In this document: in pieces, positions 1 to 13,859 of the stretch
Numbering within the stretch: position 1 is the first letter of the stretch
How the letters are laid out: the number at the start of each line of letters is the position of its first letter
DNA from: Pecten maximus
Taxonomy: Eukaryota
Assembly: GCF_902652985.1 (NCBI RefSeq)
Contig: NC_047019.1
Span: 12,276,001 to 12,340,000 of the forward strand
DNA length: 64,000 nt
Reading direction: 5' to 3'
Notes under the pieces: generated by a model
Told to the model about the DNA's origin: nothing
Database searches by the model: none
Seen by the model: the letters and a program-made list of their open reading frames with translations, nothing else
Program-made: the position numbers and the translations under genes

Positions 1-406
1 TGTTTCAATTACTGTCACCGCCGGTCAACATAAGGCCTTATCATTAGTAACGAATTCCACAATGATGATGGTTTATTCTAGACAACAAGAGGGAATGAAG
101 GATGTTTAAATTATCCTAAATTATTTCCCATTTGTGAGTTATTTACTTCTGTTAAATAGTTATTTTCTTCTTAAAGAAGTGATACTTTTTAAAATCAACG
201 TTTAGCAGAGTATAGAAGAGTAAGGAGGAAACTATTATAAAAAAAACCTTTCGGTGATTGTTATAATTGCATCATAGATTATGCAGAAGACATTTATGTG
301 AATATAATTCTGAAATAAGAATCTAGGAATAGATAAACAGTATACATCAACTTCTCATTAAAACAACATACGATGTCTCCTCGTTGATGCTACAAATTGT
401 TCTTAC

Positions 407-473
407 CATGAGTCCCATAAATAAATAGACTGCCGAACAGGCCCCACAGCACTGTACACAGCATCCACTTCAT
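407..473 (-). CDS. Probable first coding exon (signal peptide) of a secreted or membrane protein; rest of gene lies left of the window
   Basis: Acceptor ttgcag| at 489-490. ATG at 473 reads MKWMLCTVLWGLFGSLFIYGTH-G (basic N-terminus, hydrophobic core) and ends at a phase-1 donor G|gtaag at 406, a typical signal-peptide exon layout. Product unknown. Confidence 0.5.
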
Positions 474-1559
474 CACGATTTTCCTCAGCTGCAATATATC
501 ATATAACCGAGTTGGAAATACAGTGACACAAACATTATCCAAGAAATATTTCACAGCATCTTTATTGGTTATCAATTACATTATCATTTTTCATTAGAAA
601 CAACAGATAATCATTTAGCTGAAAGTCAGGCCGTTAAGTCCTAATTTACGGAAATGGAGGAAATCACGGATTTAACAGATGCTATATTTTCATTTCATTT
701 TAGTCTTGTGGTTTAGCTTGAAATAGAAACAGTATTTGCAATCCAGATACACCGTCTATGTTTCCCAAAGCATGTACTTCTATATGTGTGTTTCTCCCAA
801 TCATTGAGGTAGACGCAACACGTACTGTTACTGGTGAAGACAATGCCAGACACTGCATCATATCTACAAATGAAGGACGAAAATCGATTTCGTTTTATAC
901 AATTCTAATAGCCTTTGTGTGCATGCGTTTTACAAAACATGTTCATGGATTATTCATTTAAGCAATAACCTCGTGCATTTCAAACCAGAGATAAAAGCAG
1001 CAGTCCTCTTTTCGTGATAACGTTCTGATTGTCTTTACCTACAGAGTCAGCAGTATAAATTATCTATACTATTTATGTAGGATATCAAATAGACCCTCGC
1101 AGCGTTATGGATATAGTTTCATCCTGTCAACGATCGTTAAGAGTCGGTTATAAACAGTTTGTTTTGCATAATAATATAAACTGCACTCATTTCAAGATAC
1201 GACCTTAATGTCCAAATGTAATCCAGCATTTCCTGCTGTACTTGCTATTTATTTATGGATTTACTTCTGAGAAGACAACAACGACGAATGGTATGACAAC
1301 CAAATCTTCATTTGTTGTTTCACATCAATAATCTAAAGAATCAGATGATTTCAATTCCATTTATTCTGTAATGTTTAATATATGCAAATCTGCTTAATGA
1401 CATGATGGCGAGGCTGACATCACGGCGACGCCATGACATAAAAAATTCAGATATGATTTTATTAAAGAAATAAATGCCGAGTTTGATTGTGGGATTATTT
1501 TGTAGTTGTATAACCTATAGGGTAGATGATAGTGATGGATTGTGGTCGATGGTTTGGAG

Positions 1560-1760
1560 GATGGTTGTGTGGCGCATTGGTAATATACATTCGCCTTTCG
1601 AGCAAACAGATATGGGGTCACCCACCTGCCCGTCTACGTGGCTGTTCTGTGGGAACTCCAGTTTCCACTCACACTAAGACACATCGGGCGCTTCCTTCTG
1701 GCCTAACAAGATAGATTAGTATAAGTTGATGATACCAATTCTGAAGCTGTTGTAAATAAA
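1560..1760 (+). mobile_element. Degenerate tRNA-derived SINE
   Basis: A-box-like TGGCGCATTGGTAA followed by 'gggaactccagtttccactcacactaagac', which resembles the SINE core of the copy at 5030-5210. Confidence 0.4.
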
Positions 1761-3184
1761 GAAAGTGACTGACAGTTTTCCTGTTTTCTATAAATTCTGT
1801 ACTAATAGTTTGTTGCAGAGGCACTGCCTCAAATTACCTTGGTTCCACCTGTGGGTTTGTATGGTTCTCCTTAGGCATTTTGAAACGATTTTCAAATGAG
1901 ACAAAATAAAAACCCTAATACAAACAATGAGATTACTATTTCTGAATTTGTTACGTTAATGGACGCATTCGGGACGGTGAAAAAATGAAGAACATAAACA
2001 ACATCCTATGTGTCACAGCGGAATTCAACCACTGCCGATTTGTATCTGTTGATGTCACAGTGATAGGCACGCTCGGGCGATGTGAACAAACAGCCAACGT
2101 ATTAGATGATTGGGTTGTAAGGGTGTAAAAATGCTACTCCACGATCAAAATCGACCTATTTAATAAAATCTAGAAATAAGAGTACCTCTCATCTCCTCAT
2201 ATAACAGTGTGAATGCAATCAACGTGATCTAACATGCTCTTAACACGGATGTTTGTAAATCCCGTGTGGAAGGGTGGCCGCAATATTTATAACCAATTAA
2301 TGTGATAGCATAATATTTACAGACTCAACATGCATCCTGCCGAACAAATACATTTGTTTATTTATAAGGCCAACGATACAATCCGATGCACTGCAACACA
2401 ATTATATAATCCATTAGCCAGTACATAAAGAAATATGTTTCCTTAATTCAGCACTACAGCCACGTCACAAACGGCCTCGTTACCTGGGACGACGACAGTG
2501 GCAGGATGACCAAACTTGAAGGAGTTACAAACATCAATATTTCCGTAACAACTCTCAAGTACTTGATTCCTCAAAGACTTATTGGTTAATCAAGACCATT
2601 ACGTAAATGGCAATGGGATTGTATTGCTAAATTCAGAATGACAAACATTTTTGTGTAAATTTTCTTCCGAGATCACCATTTGAAATACTCAATATGCAGT
2701 TTGATAAAAGGATAGAAATCGATATTTTTTTTGTGAAATATCAAATTATATCAGTATTTTTGTACATTACAGTTGAGCGGTATTAATAACATCGTATAAA
2801 AGATATTATTAATATTAACCCGTTTTCAAAGATATACACCAACCAAAATTATAATTTTCTACGGAAGCTTTAAAATATATCTAGTTGATATACGCGGACT
2901 AATGGATATAATTTATCATAAAGACAAAAACTGTTAAAAAATACATGAATGCTTTACCAGTTTGTGTAGTCCCTTCAATCACGAGAAATTGTTAAGAGCA
3001 TATATGTTTTATCTAAAAATCAATAAACAATAAATAAGTTGATTTAAAGAAATGAACAACCGCAAACCGCAACTCAAAATCGGTAAAACAAATAAAATAA
3101 AGACATTTGAATAAATATATGGAGAATAAAACCAAATGTTCAGGGATGGTAATCGTCTTCTACCTTATTGACATACAGAATCTT

Positions 3185-3626
3185 TGCTCTGCAGGTAGGT
3201 CTAAAAATGAAGCTGCTGCCCCTTGCCAAGACTGTAAAAGGCTACTTAATTTGAGGTTTTGTCTTTTCTTCTGTTTCTAAACAAATTTCTTCTTTCTTAG
3301 GTTTTCCTTGACACTGCCTCACGTTTGACGTTTAGGTGAGCGTTTTCTCTGTGAGGAAGGCTTTGGGTTATGGTAGGTACTTCTTCTGTTAAGCGCTCAG
3401 TGTTTTCGAGGTGGACCGACTGGTTATCATCAGTATAATGTGACCGGTTGGGGTGTCTTCAGGCATCATGCCTGATGGAAGATGCTATCTCATTGAGACA
3501 AACACAAACATACCACAGCCTCCCAAAACACCACATACACTATGGGTATGCATCCTGCACACAGGAGAGTTCGTCTATATGGCCATAGCTATTGTTTGGT
3601 CGTAAAACAACCAAACCAAACCAAAC
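3185..3626 (+). mobile_element. SINE-like element with (CCAAA)n tail
   Basis: GC-richer island ending '...ggccatagctattgtttggtcgtaaaacaaccaaaccaaaccaaac'. The 3' tail is related to minus-strand fragments at 5030-5080, 6610-6660 and 30135-30175. Confidence 0.5.
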
Positions 3627-5025
3627 TAGACTAAACAGTGCAAATCTAAATCATATCCTGGTAAATGACATCCTAACATGAGAAAACAATACCATATCAG
3701 GGGAAAAAGGAATCAAATTACGAATTCAACACTTTAGCATAAAAAAATCTAAAAAAAAGATGTCAGTGGAGAAAATTACATTGTCTGTTTGAAAATATAT
3801 GTTAACTTTTAAGGTTCGACGTTTTCATTTATTTCAGTTACATTGGAGTCCAGTAGTTAAATATCGAATGTTTATCATATCGTCTCATAAAAGTATAAAA
3901 AAGACAAAGATCTGAGGCTGTTCCTTTAAACTTTTAACAATGTATGTGCTTCATAAAAAATGTTTTTTTTTTCTTTTTTTTTTTCACTTAATCAAAAATT
4001 GATCATATGAAATATTGATTTGTAATAGCAAATGAAGTGCCCTATGATATTTACGGTCCTGTCGTGTTTTCAGTACCAATTAAGGTATTTATCTTTAACT
4101 GCTTAATAACCAACAAACTATACCAATACCTTAACCTGATATTCAATTCATAACATTATCTCTACCTGATCGATGAACCATGTCTATATATGGCCATAAT
4201 AAGTTTTGGTCTTAATGTTCTCTCTGTGACAGATGTCTTATGCTTACTCTGAATCATTAAATTGACATCGTGATTTACTTATTTATCAACACTATCAATT
4301 AATTAATGGAAAGAGTATTCGAAAATAAAACACATATATAATGGATCAATATTGTGCAACATTCGCTTTCAATGATGAAAATACAACGGTGATTTTTTTT
4401 ACAATACCTTATTCTTGTTGAAGATGATTTCTTCAGAGTTACATATGTATAAATCCTAAGTAGGATGCATGTTCTCTATATGTGTATCCAAAGCTACCAC
4501 CGAAGTCAAACAGATTCATCCCACCTCAGGTTGGCGTTCGCTCGGCATCCCATATCTAGAATGTACAAGCACATGAGAATCGGATTCAATCTCAGTAGGA
4601 ATTGATTGGTCGATGCTGAGTGTAATTACAGGTGAACACCATATACAGGTATGGCATTGTTACCTAGCTTCTGGGTAAACTATTCAAATCAATGACATCA
4701 TCAGAAGTCCTATGTTTTGTGTACATTGTTTGTATCACTACAATCCCTACCTTGTTTGTATATTAACATTTCTTACCACGTTCATAAGTCTTTATGATTT
4801 GTTATCTGCAATTTTCCTTGTATATAAGTGTATGCATCTATTTCATACTAGTACTGTCTACTTAAATTTGGGTGAACGTGTAAAGTTGAGTACTGTACCA
4901 CATGGAATATTCGAGTGCATTTTCTTTCACGGTTCGGAGCTTTCAAACTATTTCATGGGTACAAACTTTCATCGTTAGCCCATGCAACGATATTATATCA
5001 ATAATGCAGACAACAATATTCGTTG

Positions 5026-5210
5026 TATTTTTTTTTATTATTTTGTCTAACGTCCTATAAACAGCCAGTGTCATTTAAGGACTTGTCAGGTTTTGGAGGT
5101 GGCAGGAAAGTCGGAGTACCCGAAGAAAAACCACCGGCCTACGGTCAGTACCAGGCAACTGCCCCACGTAGGTTTCTAACTAGCAACCCAGCGGTGGAGG
5201 GTTAGTGATC
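5026..5210 (-). mobile_element. tRNA-derived SINE (Meta-SINE-like core)
   Basis: Minus strand reads 'ggtggtttttcttcgggtactccgactttcctgccacc...ggctgtttataggacgttagac' followed by an A-rich tail; the GGGTACTCCG core is typical of metazoan SINEs. Confidence 0.65.
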
Positions 5211-6049
5211 AAGAATTTTTCGTGTATTTATATTTTTCGTCGGTTCATATTCAAGGCCAAAAAGAATTGCAACATATTTTTTACACTTGCAAGCCATGCT
5301 AGCATGATATTATTTACTCAACATGTCCTTGTGGTGAAAGAAGATGAAGTGTCGCCACTATCAGTTTGACATTCTAGTAACATGTCTCCATTGTATATCT
5401 CATCAAATAATATGCTAATATCCGTTACGGATTAATACACTAGTACACAAAACTCGATATCTTGTTTGAAGATTTTAATTTGATAATTTAAATTGCATGC
5501 TGTAAATTAATTTTATTCAACATCAGACATGTTGTTAATGCATTGGAATGTATAATTGTTAACAGAACGTTCCAGTAAACGACTCGAAGATATGATTTAA
5601 ATAATTTCAAATTTGTTTACACTCATACTGTAGCTGTAACATTGAAATTAACTTTGGACCGTTTACATTAATTGCAATATACTTCTAACCGCTACCACAA
5701 AAGGATAAAGCATTACGTAAGTATCATACGGGTATCTGTATAATAAGGTTTTATGAACATCAACATATTTCCTAATGTTACTTGACTGATAAGAACTGGT
5801 TTATGCATTTTGAGAATACTCTGGTAAATCGGAAATGCCTGTGATAGTAATAAATGTGTTATTAGACTGTTATTTATTTTGGATATTATACCCAGTCAAG
5901 TTCATATAAAAATGCCAAACCGGGCAAATTGCTACAGAATGTGTAAATATAATATTTAATATCCTATATAATGTTATGAGGTAACTGCACATTCCTTTAT
6001 AAATTTTAACATCAATTTAGATCCATTTGGATTTTCATGACATACTTTG

Positions 6050-6560
6050 CAATTAAGCTGCATGATGATCAAAGATTGCAATTTTTCAATTTTCATTTCT
6101 AGATGGTAGCATCCCTGATTCCCCTACCTGTGGTACTTACATGTCATAGTGTGATTCACTATTCAAGGAATTGTTCCTATTATCACAATAACCGTTACAA
6201 ATGCCGACTACTGACGAGAGATATTAACAACAGAAGCTTTTAAGAAATGTAGGTGGATGAAGACCATCAGATCAACCACTCATTTGGAAGTATTCCATTT
6301 CCTCATGCGATATGAAGTCAGACTTGTTCGATTCCGGTTTATATGCCTAGAGGTTCCGTCGTCACTGCCATGGTTTTCATTTTAAGATTGTGACTTAACG
6401 GATATTACCTAGATTTAAAAGGCTGGTGTCGCCAATGGGTTGGCATCCTTCCAGGAACTTAGTTTGCTCGTAACGTTTAGGGATCCCCATTTAAATCTTT
6501 ACATTGTCCTCAATTGATGGATTTTATTTGATATTATTATCTAGAATTATGTATTCGTTT
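6050..6560 (+). mobile_element. Decayed Penelope-like retroelement fragment (RT C-terminus)
   Basis: Broken translation KLHDD...FHFLDGSIPDSPTCGTYMS*/VIHYSRNCSYY...LLTR resembles the PLE motif 'KLYDKRDDFNF...FLSSNIPxxPAYGVYISQLIRYSRACS'. Multiple stops and frameshifts. Confidence 0.55.
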
Positions 6561-7514
6561 AAATTCCGGAATTCTCTATTGTTTTATGGTACGTATTTGT
6601 AAGTACTTTGGATTGGTTTGGTTTGATTGGTTTAACGTCCTATCAACAGCAAAGGTCATAATATTATTGTATTATGGTGTATAACTGAGCTAATTTATAT
6701 GTGGAAACCAACGTCTATGAAAATGACGGATCTACAGAGGGCTATATAATTCTACGAAACTATCTTAAAAGCACCTAGTATCAGCCTGTTGTCATAACGC
6801 TAGATAGGAAGTGGCAAAGAGGAATTTATTGTAAATCCCATATGACACTATAGAACGTAATGCGGACACCTGTAGTTTTCACCTGTAGTTGACCTGTACA
6901 ATTAAGAAATGTCCGAACTGTGTGACATTAATGCTGTATTGAATTAAACGATTTTTCATGCTTTTATTTGGATCTACAAATAATCATAGGCCAGATTATA
7001 CTCAAATTGGTAAAATTAGACTATCCTAAAACCATATATCAAGTGCCAACACGGTAATTTAATATACGGGGGGCACTAATTGAACGTATTCTGGAACCCC
7101 AATTTAACAGTTGGATAGGGAAGACACGCCGGCTTATATTGCTGTTAATGTATATATGTATATAACCATTATAAATTCAGGTCTCATTCACCTTGATATT
7201 AGGGAATGAAGTATAGGGCTTAATTACTGTATCATTTCAGGAATCAGCGGGATCACTGAAATTGTGTATCGGGTATGTATGTTTGAACAAAATGCATTTT
7301 TCCAGGATGCCACAAACAAAACCGTTTATATCGGAAAGAGTGAGAAGAAATAAAACGTGTGTCTGAGAAATCAAATGTGAATTTCATTTATTACAACAAA
7401 GAATAAGACAAGGAAGAATAAGTGCTGAAACCTTATTCAATGTAACAAAACGAGCAAACTAGCTTTCAGTACTGGAGCCTTACTTTAAAATAAATGAGCA
7501 TTTGTTACAACGAC

Positions 7515-7909
7515 AGATAAGGCAGTAACTACCACAAAGCCCTTACTACCCCAGAAACCTTACTTCAACTGAGAATAAGGCAGTAACTACCACAGAAACC
7601 TTACTTCAACTGAGAATAAGGCAGTAACTACCACAAAGCCCTTACTTCAACTGAGAATAAGGCAGTAACTACCACAGAAACCTTACTTCAACTGAGAATA
7701 AGGCAGTAACTACCACAAAACCCTTATTTCAACTGAGAACAAGGCAGTAAATACCACAGAACCCTTACTTCAAATGAGAATAAGGCAGTAAATACCACAA
7801 AGCCCTTATTTAAACTGAGAATAAGGCAGTAAATACCACAAAGCCCTTACTTCAACTGAGAACAAGGCAGTAACTACCACAGAACCCTTACTTCAACTGA
7901 GAATAAGGC
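7515..7909. repeat. 41-bp minisatellite, ~9-10 copies
   Basis: Unit GAGAATAAGGCAGTAACTACCACAGAAACCTTACTTCAACT; recurs at 7571 and 7612. Confidence 0.95.
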
Positions 7910-9319
7910 ATGGGTCTGAATTGGGTCACTATAAAAAAGAGGACGAGGCAAGTGTGGCCATGTCCGCTTATTATATCAGGGAATAATAAGGAAGTGTTTG
8001 CGTTATCTTTATCAAATAAGGGAATAATAACGTAATCTCTATTATATGAGAAAAAAATAAGGGAGGGATCGGAGCGTAATCTTTATCATAACAAAAACAA
8101 ATAAAAGGAATAGACGTTTAACCCTTATGTTAACAGTCACTTCGATAACTCGATCATTATATTACTGTCACTTTTTGAAGTTTGGTCAAATCATCAACTA
8201 AACTGACTTATTTTCGAACCTCCATTGATATGAGAGAGGTTTAATGTAGAAATCGATTTCATCTGAATCCGTTCACCATTTTACAGCCATGCTGTATCAA
8301 TATTGAGATGATTTTGATAGATATTATAAATTGCTGAAGAAATGGTGTTTTTCGTTATAACTGAGATCATTAAGAACAATCACAATGATCAATGATCAAT
8401 GATAAAACACCAAAGAAGGCTTTGTAGCAAATGAACAATAATTGAGATTAATAGTTGAGAATAATAATAACAATAACAGAGTGGAGATGTAATTATTATA
8501 AAGCAAAGAGCATTATATATACATGCAAAAGGAGGATATAAACAAAGCACTAACCATGATGTGACCTTTTTAATATTCTGTATAGGATTGAATATCCAAA
8601 ATGATTTGAAAGCTGAATTTCTCAGCTTAAGATAATGAAAAACGATAAAAAGACTATTTTCGCTCTACTTCACCAATAAACTACTTATCATGGCTTACTA
8701 AACCATAATTGTTTCTAACACACGTTTTTATTGGAAGGATGTTAATATCCTGTGCGTCTTTTGTCTGATCCTTTCAGAAATTAAACATTTGTGCAGTAGA
8801 TTTTCCGTGAGGATTTTTGCTGGTGACCTGCCTGTATATAACAAAAATCGTCATCCTGACTACCATATATGGTGCAGGAATCCTGACTACCATATGTGGT
8901 GCAGGAATTTTCTATTTTGTTGTCTCTTGTGTTCCGTGTGCTAAGTCCTAGTTGACAATTTGATTCTCTGTTTACATAAAATAGCAACCCCAAGGAATTT
9001 TGTTATTACTTGTTTTAATTTATTGACAAACAATTGATATTGAATTCGATGTTGATGAAAAATGATTTCATTACTAACCAATCCTTATTCGTATTCGTTC
9101 CGAGCCGAGTCGAAGTATATGCTTCAAGAGACAGGAATGCGTAAACACAATTTATTTAAATTTCAATACATGAAACTTTATCTGGTTTAAGATTAAATGA
9201 GAAGACAAAATTAAATTGTCACAAAGTACCGGACCAGGCGGAAGTTGTTTGATACGTTAATGTTTACATCGGTCCCTTGGCCATTTACGCGCAAAGCTAT
9301 AGTTTCTACACTTGTACTC

Positions 9320-9810
9320 ATAGATCGTCATATAGATTCTGAATTGTGTTCGTAGATCGTCATATCAATTCTGAATTGTGTTCGTAGATCGTCATATCAA
9401 TTATGAATTGTGTTCGTAGATCGTCACATCAATTCTGTATATATTCATAGACCGTCATATCAAATCTGATTTATATTCATAGACCGTCATATCAAATCTG
9501 ATTTATGTTCATAGATCGTCCTATTGTATTTATTGATCGTCACATCAATTCTGAATTGTGTTCATAGATCGTCATATCAATTTTGAATTATATTCATAAA
9601 TCATCATATCAAATCTGAATTGTGTTTATAGATCGTCATATCAATTCTGAATTGTTTTCGTAGATCGTCATAGCGAATCTGAATTGTGTTCATAGATCGT
9701 CGTATCAAATCTGAATGGAACTCATACATCGTCATATTGTATTTACTGGTCGTCATTTAGTATACATACATTGTCGTATTGTATTCATAGATCGTTATAT
9801 CGATTCTAAT
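9320..9810. repeat. 32-bp minisatellite, ~15 degenerate copies
   Basis: Unit TAGATCGTCATATCAATTCTGAATTGTGTTCG; recurs at 9321 and 9353. Confidence 0.9.
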
Positions 9811-12349
9811 TTTTCTCATGATGTTGCAATAATGCCATACAAAATATAAGAAATCAATATTTGATTTTGTAAAGAATATATCTATGTCATATTTGCCATT
9901 TTATTCAAATATTTGGTCACACATACTGTGAATTTAGTTGAATACATCGGTAACGAATTGAACAAAATAATGTATATGTAATGATCATGTTGTCAACAAT
10001 TATGCTGAGGAATGCATTTCTACAGAAGAGACGCAATGCAAACAAACACGGCTACAGTCAGTAGTGGGGCCCCCGCCTGGGTATAATCGTAGAGTAGGCT
10101 TCATCAAGTGTTTGTTTTTCTGTAGAGTTTGAGAGGAATGTGTCTGTTGGACAAGATAGGGCATAAGAAAACTAGATAAAAAATGGACACATAACAAGTA
10201 ACGGGTTAAATAAACACGCCAATATAATAACCTCTGGCCTTTTCTAATCTATGTATTTGTATCTTGGCAACGTGCGAATGTATGACCCAGAATAGACTGT
10301 AACAACATGATTTGTTCAAATCAAACAATTGACACTGACCTTCACGTTTCAATCACATGACCGTCTAAGAAAAATTAACAACATTGAATCAACCAAATCG
10401 AAATATGTGGTTTTGTCTTAATATATTTTCCTGTAAATTATACTCACTAAACCATAAAATTTGGTGGTCAAGTCGCTTTGAATTGTTCCATGATCCTCTT
10501 ACTTCAAGAGGAATCTTTGAATCGGAGAACGTTGCTCATGCGTTTGATTGATTAGGAAATTGGTTTATAAAAATGCAAGCATTTTAAAGATTGAAGCCTT
10601 GTAACCCATGACATATGCCACCAATTTGTGCTATCTTATTGTGTACTGTCCTAACACCGTCCGAAATTAGGCGACACTCGATTTTGATTTAAGTTTACAC
10701 CTCAAGACCGCTGCTATTCGCCTCTTCAACATATGTATTCAATAATTCTACTGGGTATTTACATTTGCCAGATATCGAAAGTAGATGTTAATTGGTGAAA
10801 CGGATGTAGCATAAACGACTTCGGTCCTGTAAAAATGTTTAAAAGGAACTGTTCAAAGTATCAACTAACTTGTTTGTCTTTCTAGCCATTTGCGTGGCGT
10901 TACACACCCTGGCTGTGCTTAAAATTGCAGTCAAGGCTTTGTAGAAAAAACACACACGTGCATGGTACATGTATCACTTATTATGAATGTAGGAATAGAT
11001 ACATTGTCATATAATGAATATAAAACTGTGTCATACAACTCTTTCGTCCTCCTAGGATTCGTCAGTGAAACTAGGGGCATAAAGTGTAAATGTGACCGGG
11101 AAAATATAATTATAATGCGCAACATGAGACACAAAAGTCAGAGATATTAAGCCCTTTCAGATTAAACACCAAATAGTTTTTTGGGTTTTTGCTTGTATGT
11201 TTTTTTTCTTTTTGTCCTTTTTTGTTGTTTTTGTCGATAGATGTATGAAAATAATTATGCCAAATGGTAGAGTAAAAAATATTTAAACCGGTTCGAAGGA
11301 TGACTACAAAAAAATAGCATTACTTCTTCACGAAATATACTTATTGTGTTCAAGGGATAATCATATTAATCATAAATCTTAAAATATGTGACCTTGTTGT
11401 ACGGCAAGGAGAAATACAATTTTAGACGGGTCAATGCCATTCTTTGAGTACTTTAGTACTGTACTAGCGTGTAGCACATTTTGATAACGGCGTTAGATTG
11501 TGTGTGTAGTGTTCTACATGTACAAAGGTCCCATATATTGACGCACGTTATGATAAAGACGTTGCGTAAAAAAGATGTATTTTTGAACCATTATCTGCTT
11601 GCAAGTAAACGAACTTGGTATGACGTCATACAACACTGCTTACAGATCGCGACACCAAATGCCAAGCAATATAATTAAAATTACGGAGGAGTTAATTTGA
11701 AAATATCATAATGGCATAGCACATTGGTTTACAATGAGACGTATATTGTTGTTATGAGGTATACATATAATGAAACGACGTAAAGGATTTAAGCTGTTTT
11801 AATTATTTACGTTTAATTTCATTCAATTTACATTTATCCAAAAAGAGTGCTAATAAATTTGACGCTAACAAATTGGTGCGACGATATATATTTAAGGGGC
11901 AGTACAGCCGTAATGGACAGCTGAAAGAGTTCACTAACATCAGTACAGTAGAGAATTAATCATTAATTATAATTTATTCACATGTAAGTGACATTTACAT
12001 AAAAATCGATGATCATTGGTTACCCCATGATCACCAAACATCTTTAAACAATGGAAGCTATTTCTTTCAATGTTCTGTCTATTTGCATTGCTATTATATT
12101 TGGGTAGTTATTGACGCCCGTTGATTGATGTAGTGACAGTTACTGACACCCTTTGATGTATGGGCAGTTATTCACACCCTATTATTGATGCGTGCGCAGT
12201 TATTAGTGCCCTCTTGGCTTAATAAACAACGTGGCCATTACTATCAACTTTGTGCTTTTTTTCAATAAGCATGATTAATTGGAGTACAAATATTCAGTTA
12301 TGACGTTTGTCATCCTGTTACGTGAAGCAAGAAAATAATTACCTCTATC

Positions 12350-12900
12350 TCAAACAATGAAACACTATAATACCCTATAGCCAATCACATTTCTACCTTT
12401 GCACATTTATCAATATGATACCCTAGTGTAAATTATGTTTCTGCATCTACAAACCAAATAACATAATATATTACAGTAAATAACATTTCTACCTCTACCA
12501 ACCAAACAATTTAATACCGTACAGTAAATTAGATTTGTACCTCTACCAACCAAACAATTTAATATCCTAGAGTAAATTAGATTTGTACCTCTACCAACCA
12601 AACAATATAATACCCTACGGTAAATTAGATTTGTATCCCTAACAACCAAACAATATAATACCCTACAGTTAATTACACACATCTCTACCTCTACAAATCA
12701 AACAATATAATATACAGTAAATTAAATTTCTGCATCTACCAGCTCAACAATATAACATCCTACAGTCAATTACATCTCTACCTCTACGAATCAAACAATA
12801 TAATACCCTACAGTTGATTACATTTCTCCCCTACCAATCAAACAAGATAATACCATATTGTAAAGTACATTTCCATCTATCTTTAACAATCAAGCAATAT
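12350..12900. repeat. 48-bp minisatellite, ~11 degenerate copies
   Basis: Unit AATACCCTACAGTAAATTAGATTTGTACCTCTACCAACCAAACAATAT; explains the 16-aa periodicity of spurious ORF 12410-12682. Confidence 0.9.
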
Positions 12901-13859
12901 AATCTGTAACTACAGGGAAAAGTTCGTCATAATCTTACTAAAACAGTAGCCATTTCCTCGAGACCCAATACCTTCCTTGCAATTGCATTTAAACTAAAAT
13001 AAAGTATATCGTTATAATGTACGAAAGAGCAATGACACAGTAATCCCCGGATGTCCCGATGGACACTTTTGACCTTTTAGTGACCTAGTTTATAAACGTT
13101 GTACCCACTGAGGTCAATGAAACAGAAAAGTTGATGATGTGAAGTGTATATCATTGTATCATGATAATATACAGAGATCTTCTTGTCTAAGCGATAATCA
13201 ACTGGTAGTACACCTTATAAATACAAAATAAATAGGTTTCCTATAACGTATTTGTCGGAACAGTTTATCAAGGCCACTCAAAGGACAAAGGACCAAAGGA
13301 ACAATAGCGTTTACAGGCAGGTGGTTTTAATGTAAATGTTTGTACACAATAGATAATGTTGCATTGGGAACTAAAACAGATGGTGCTTTTATGAAGTTCA
13401 GATATGACTTTTTGATAGGAGGCAGGCTTACGTTTGTTCTTTTCATATCGACCTTCAGATCCGATATTTTCTTGTTAACTAACGATTTGGTATGTTTGGT
13501 GTCTATTTTACTTCATGTAAATGACGATTACTTTAGCTTAACTGTGTTTTAACCGTTAAAAAGGAATATATCAGACACCATTATTATATTGAACATCTAC
13601 TGCATCACACGGAAGTGACATTTTGATAAACAAATTAGTAATGTCGATTTGTCTCTTGACTATTATAAGTCATGATTGCAGATGAGAAAAATGAATAAAT
13701 GTACAAAAGTCAAGAGGATATTACACTCTATTTTCAAAAGACAACACGTGATCTTGACCTCCTCAGTTTATCTTACAACTATGTATATAGTTACTGATAG
13801 TTGAGCGACACAGCAGACCAGTGTGCAGATCCCGCAGGTCAGGCCAGGCCGCTCTCGCA

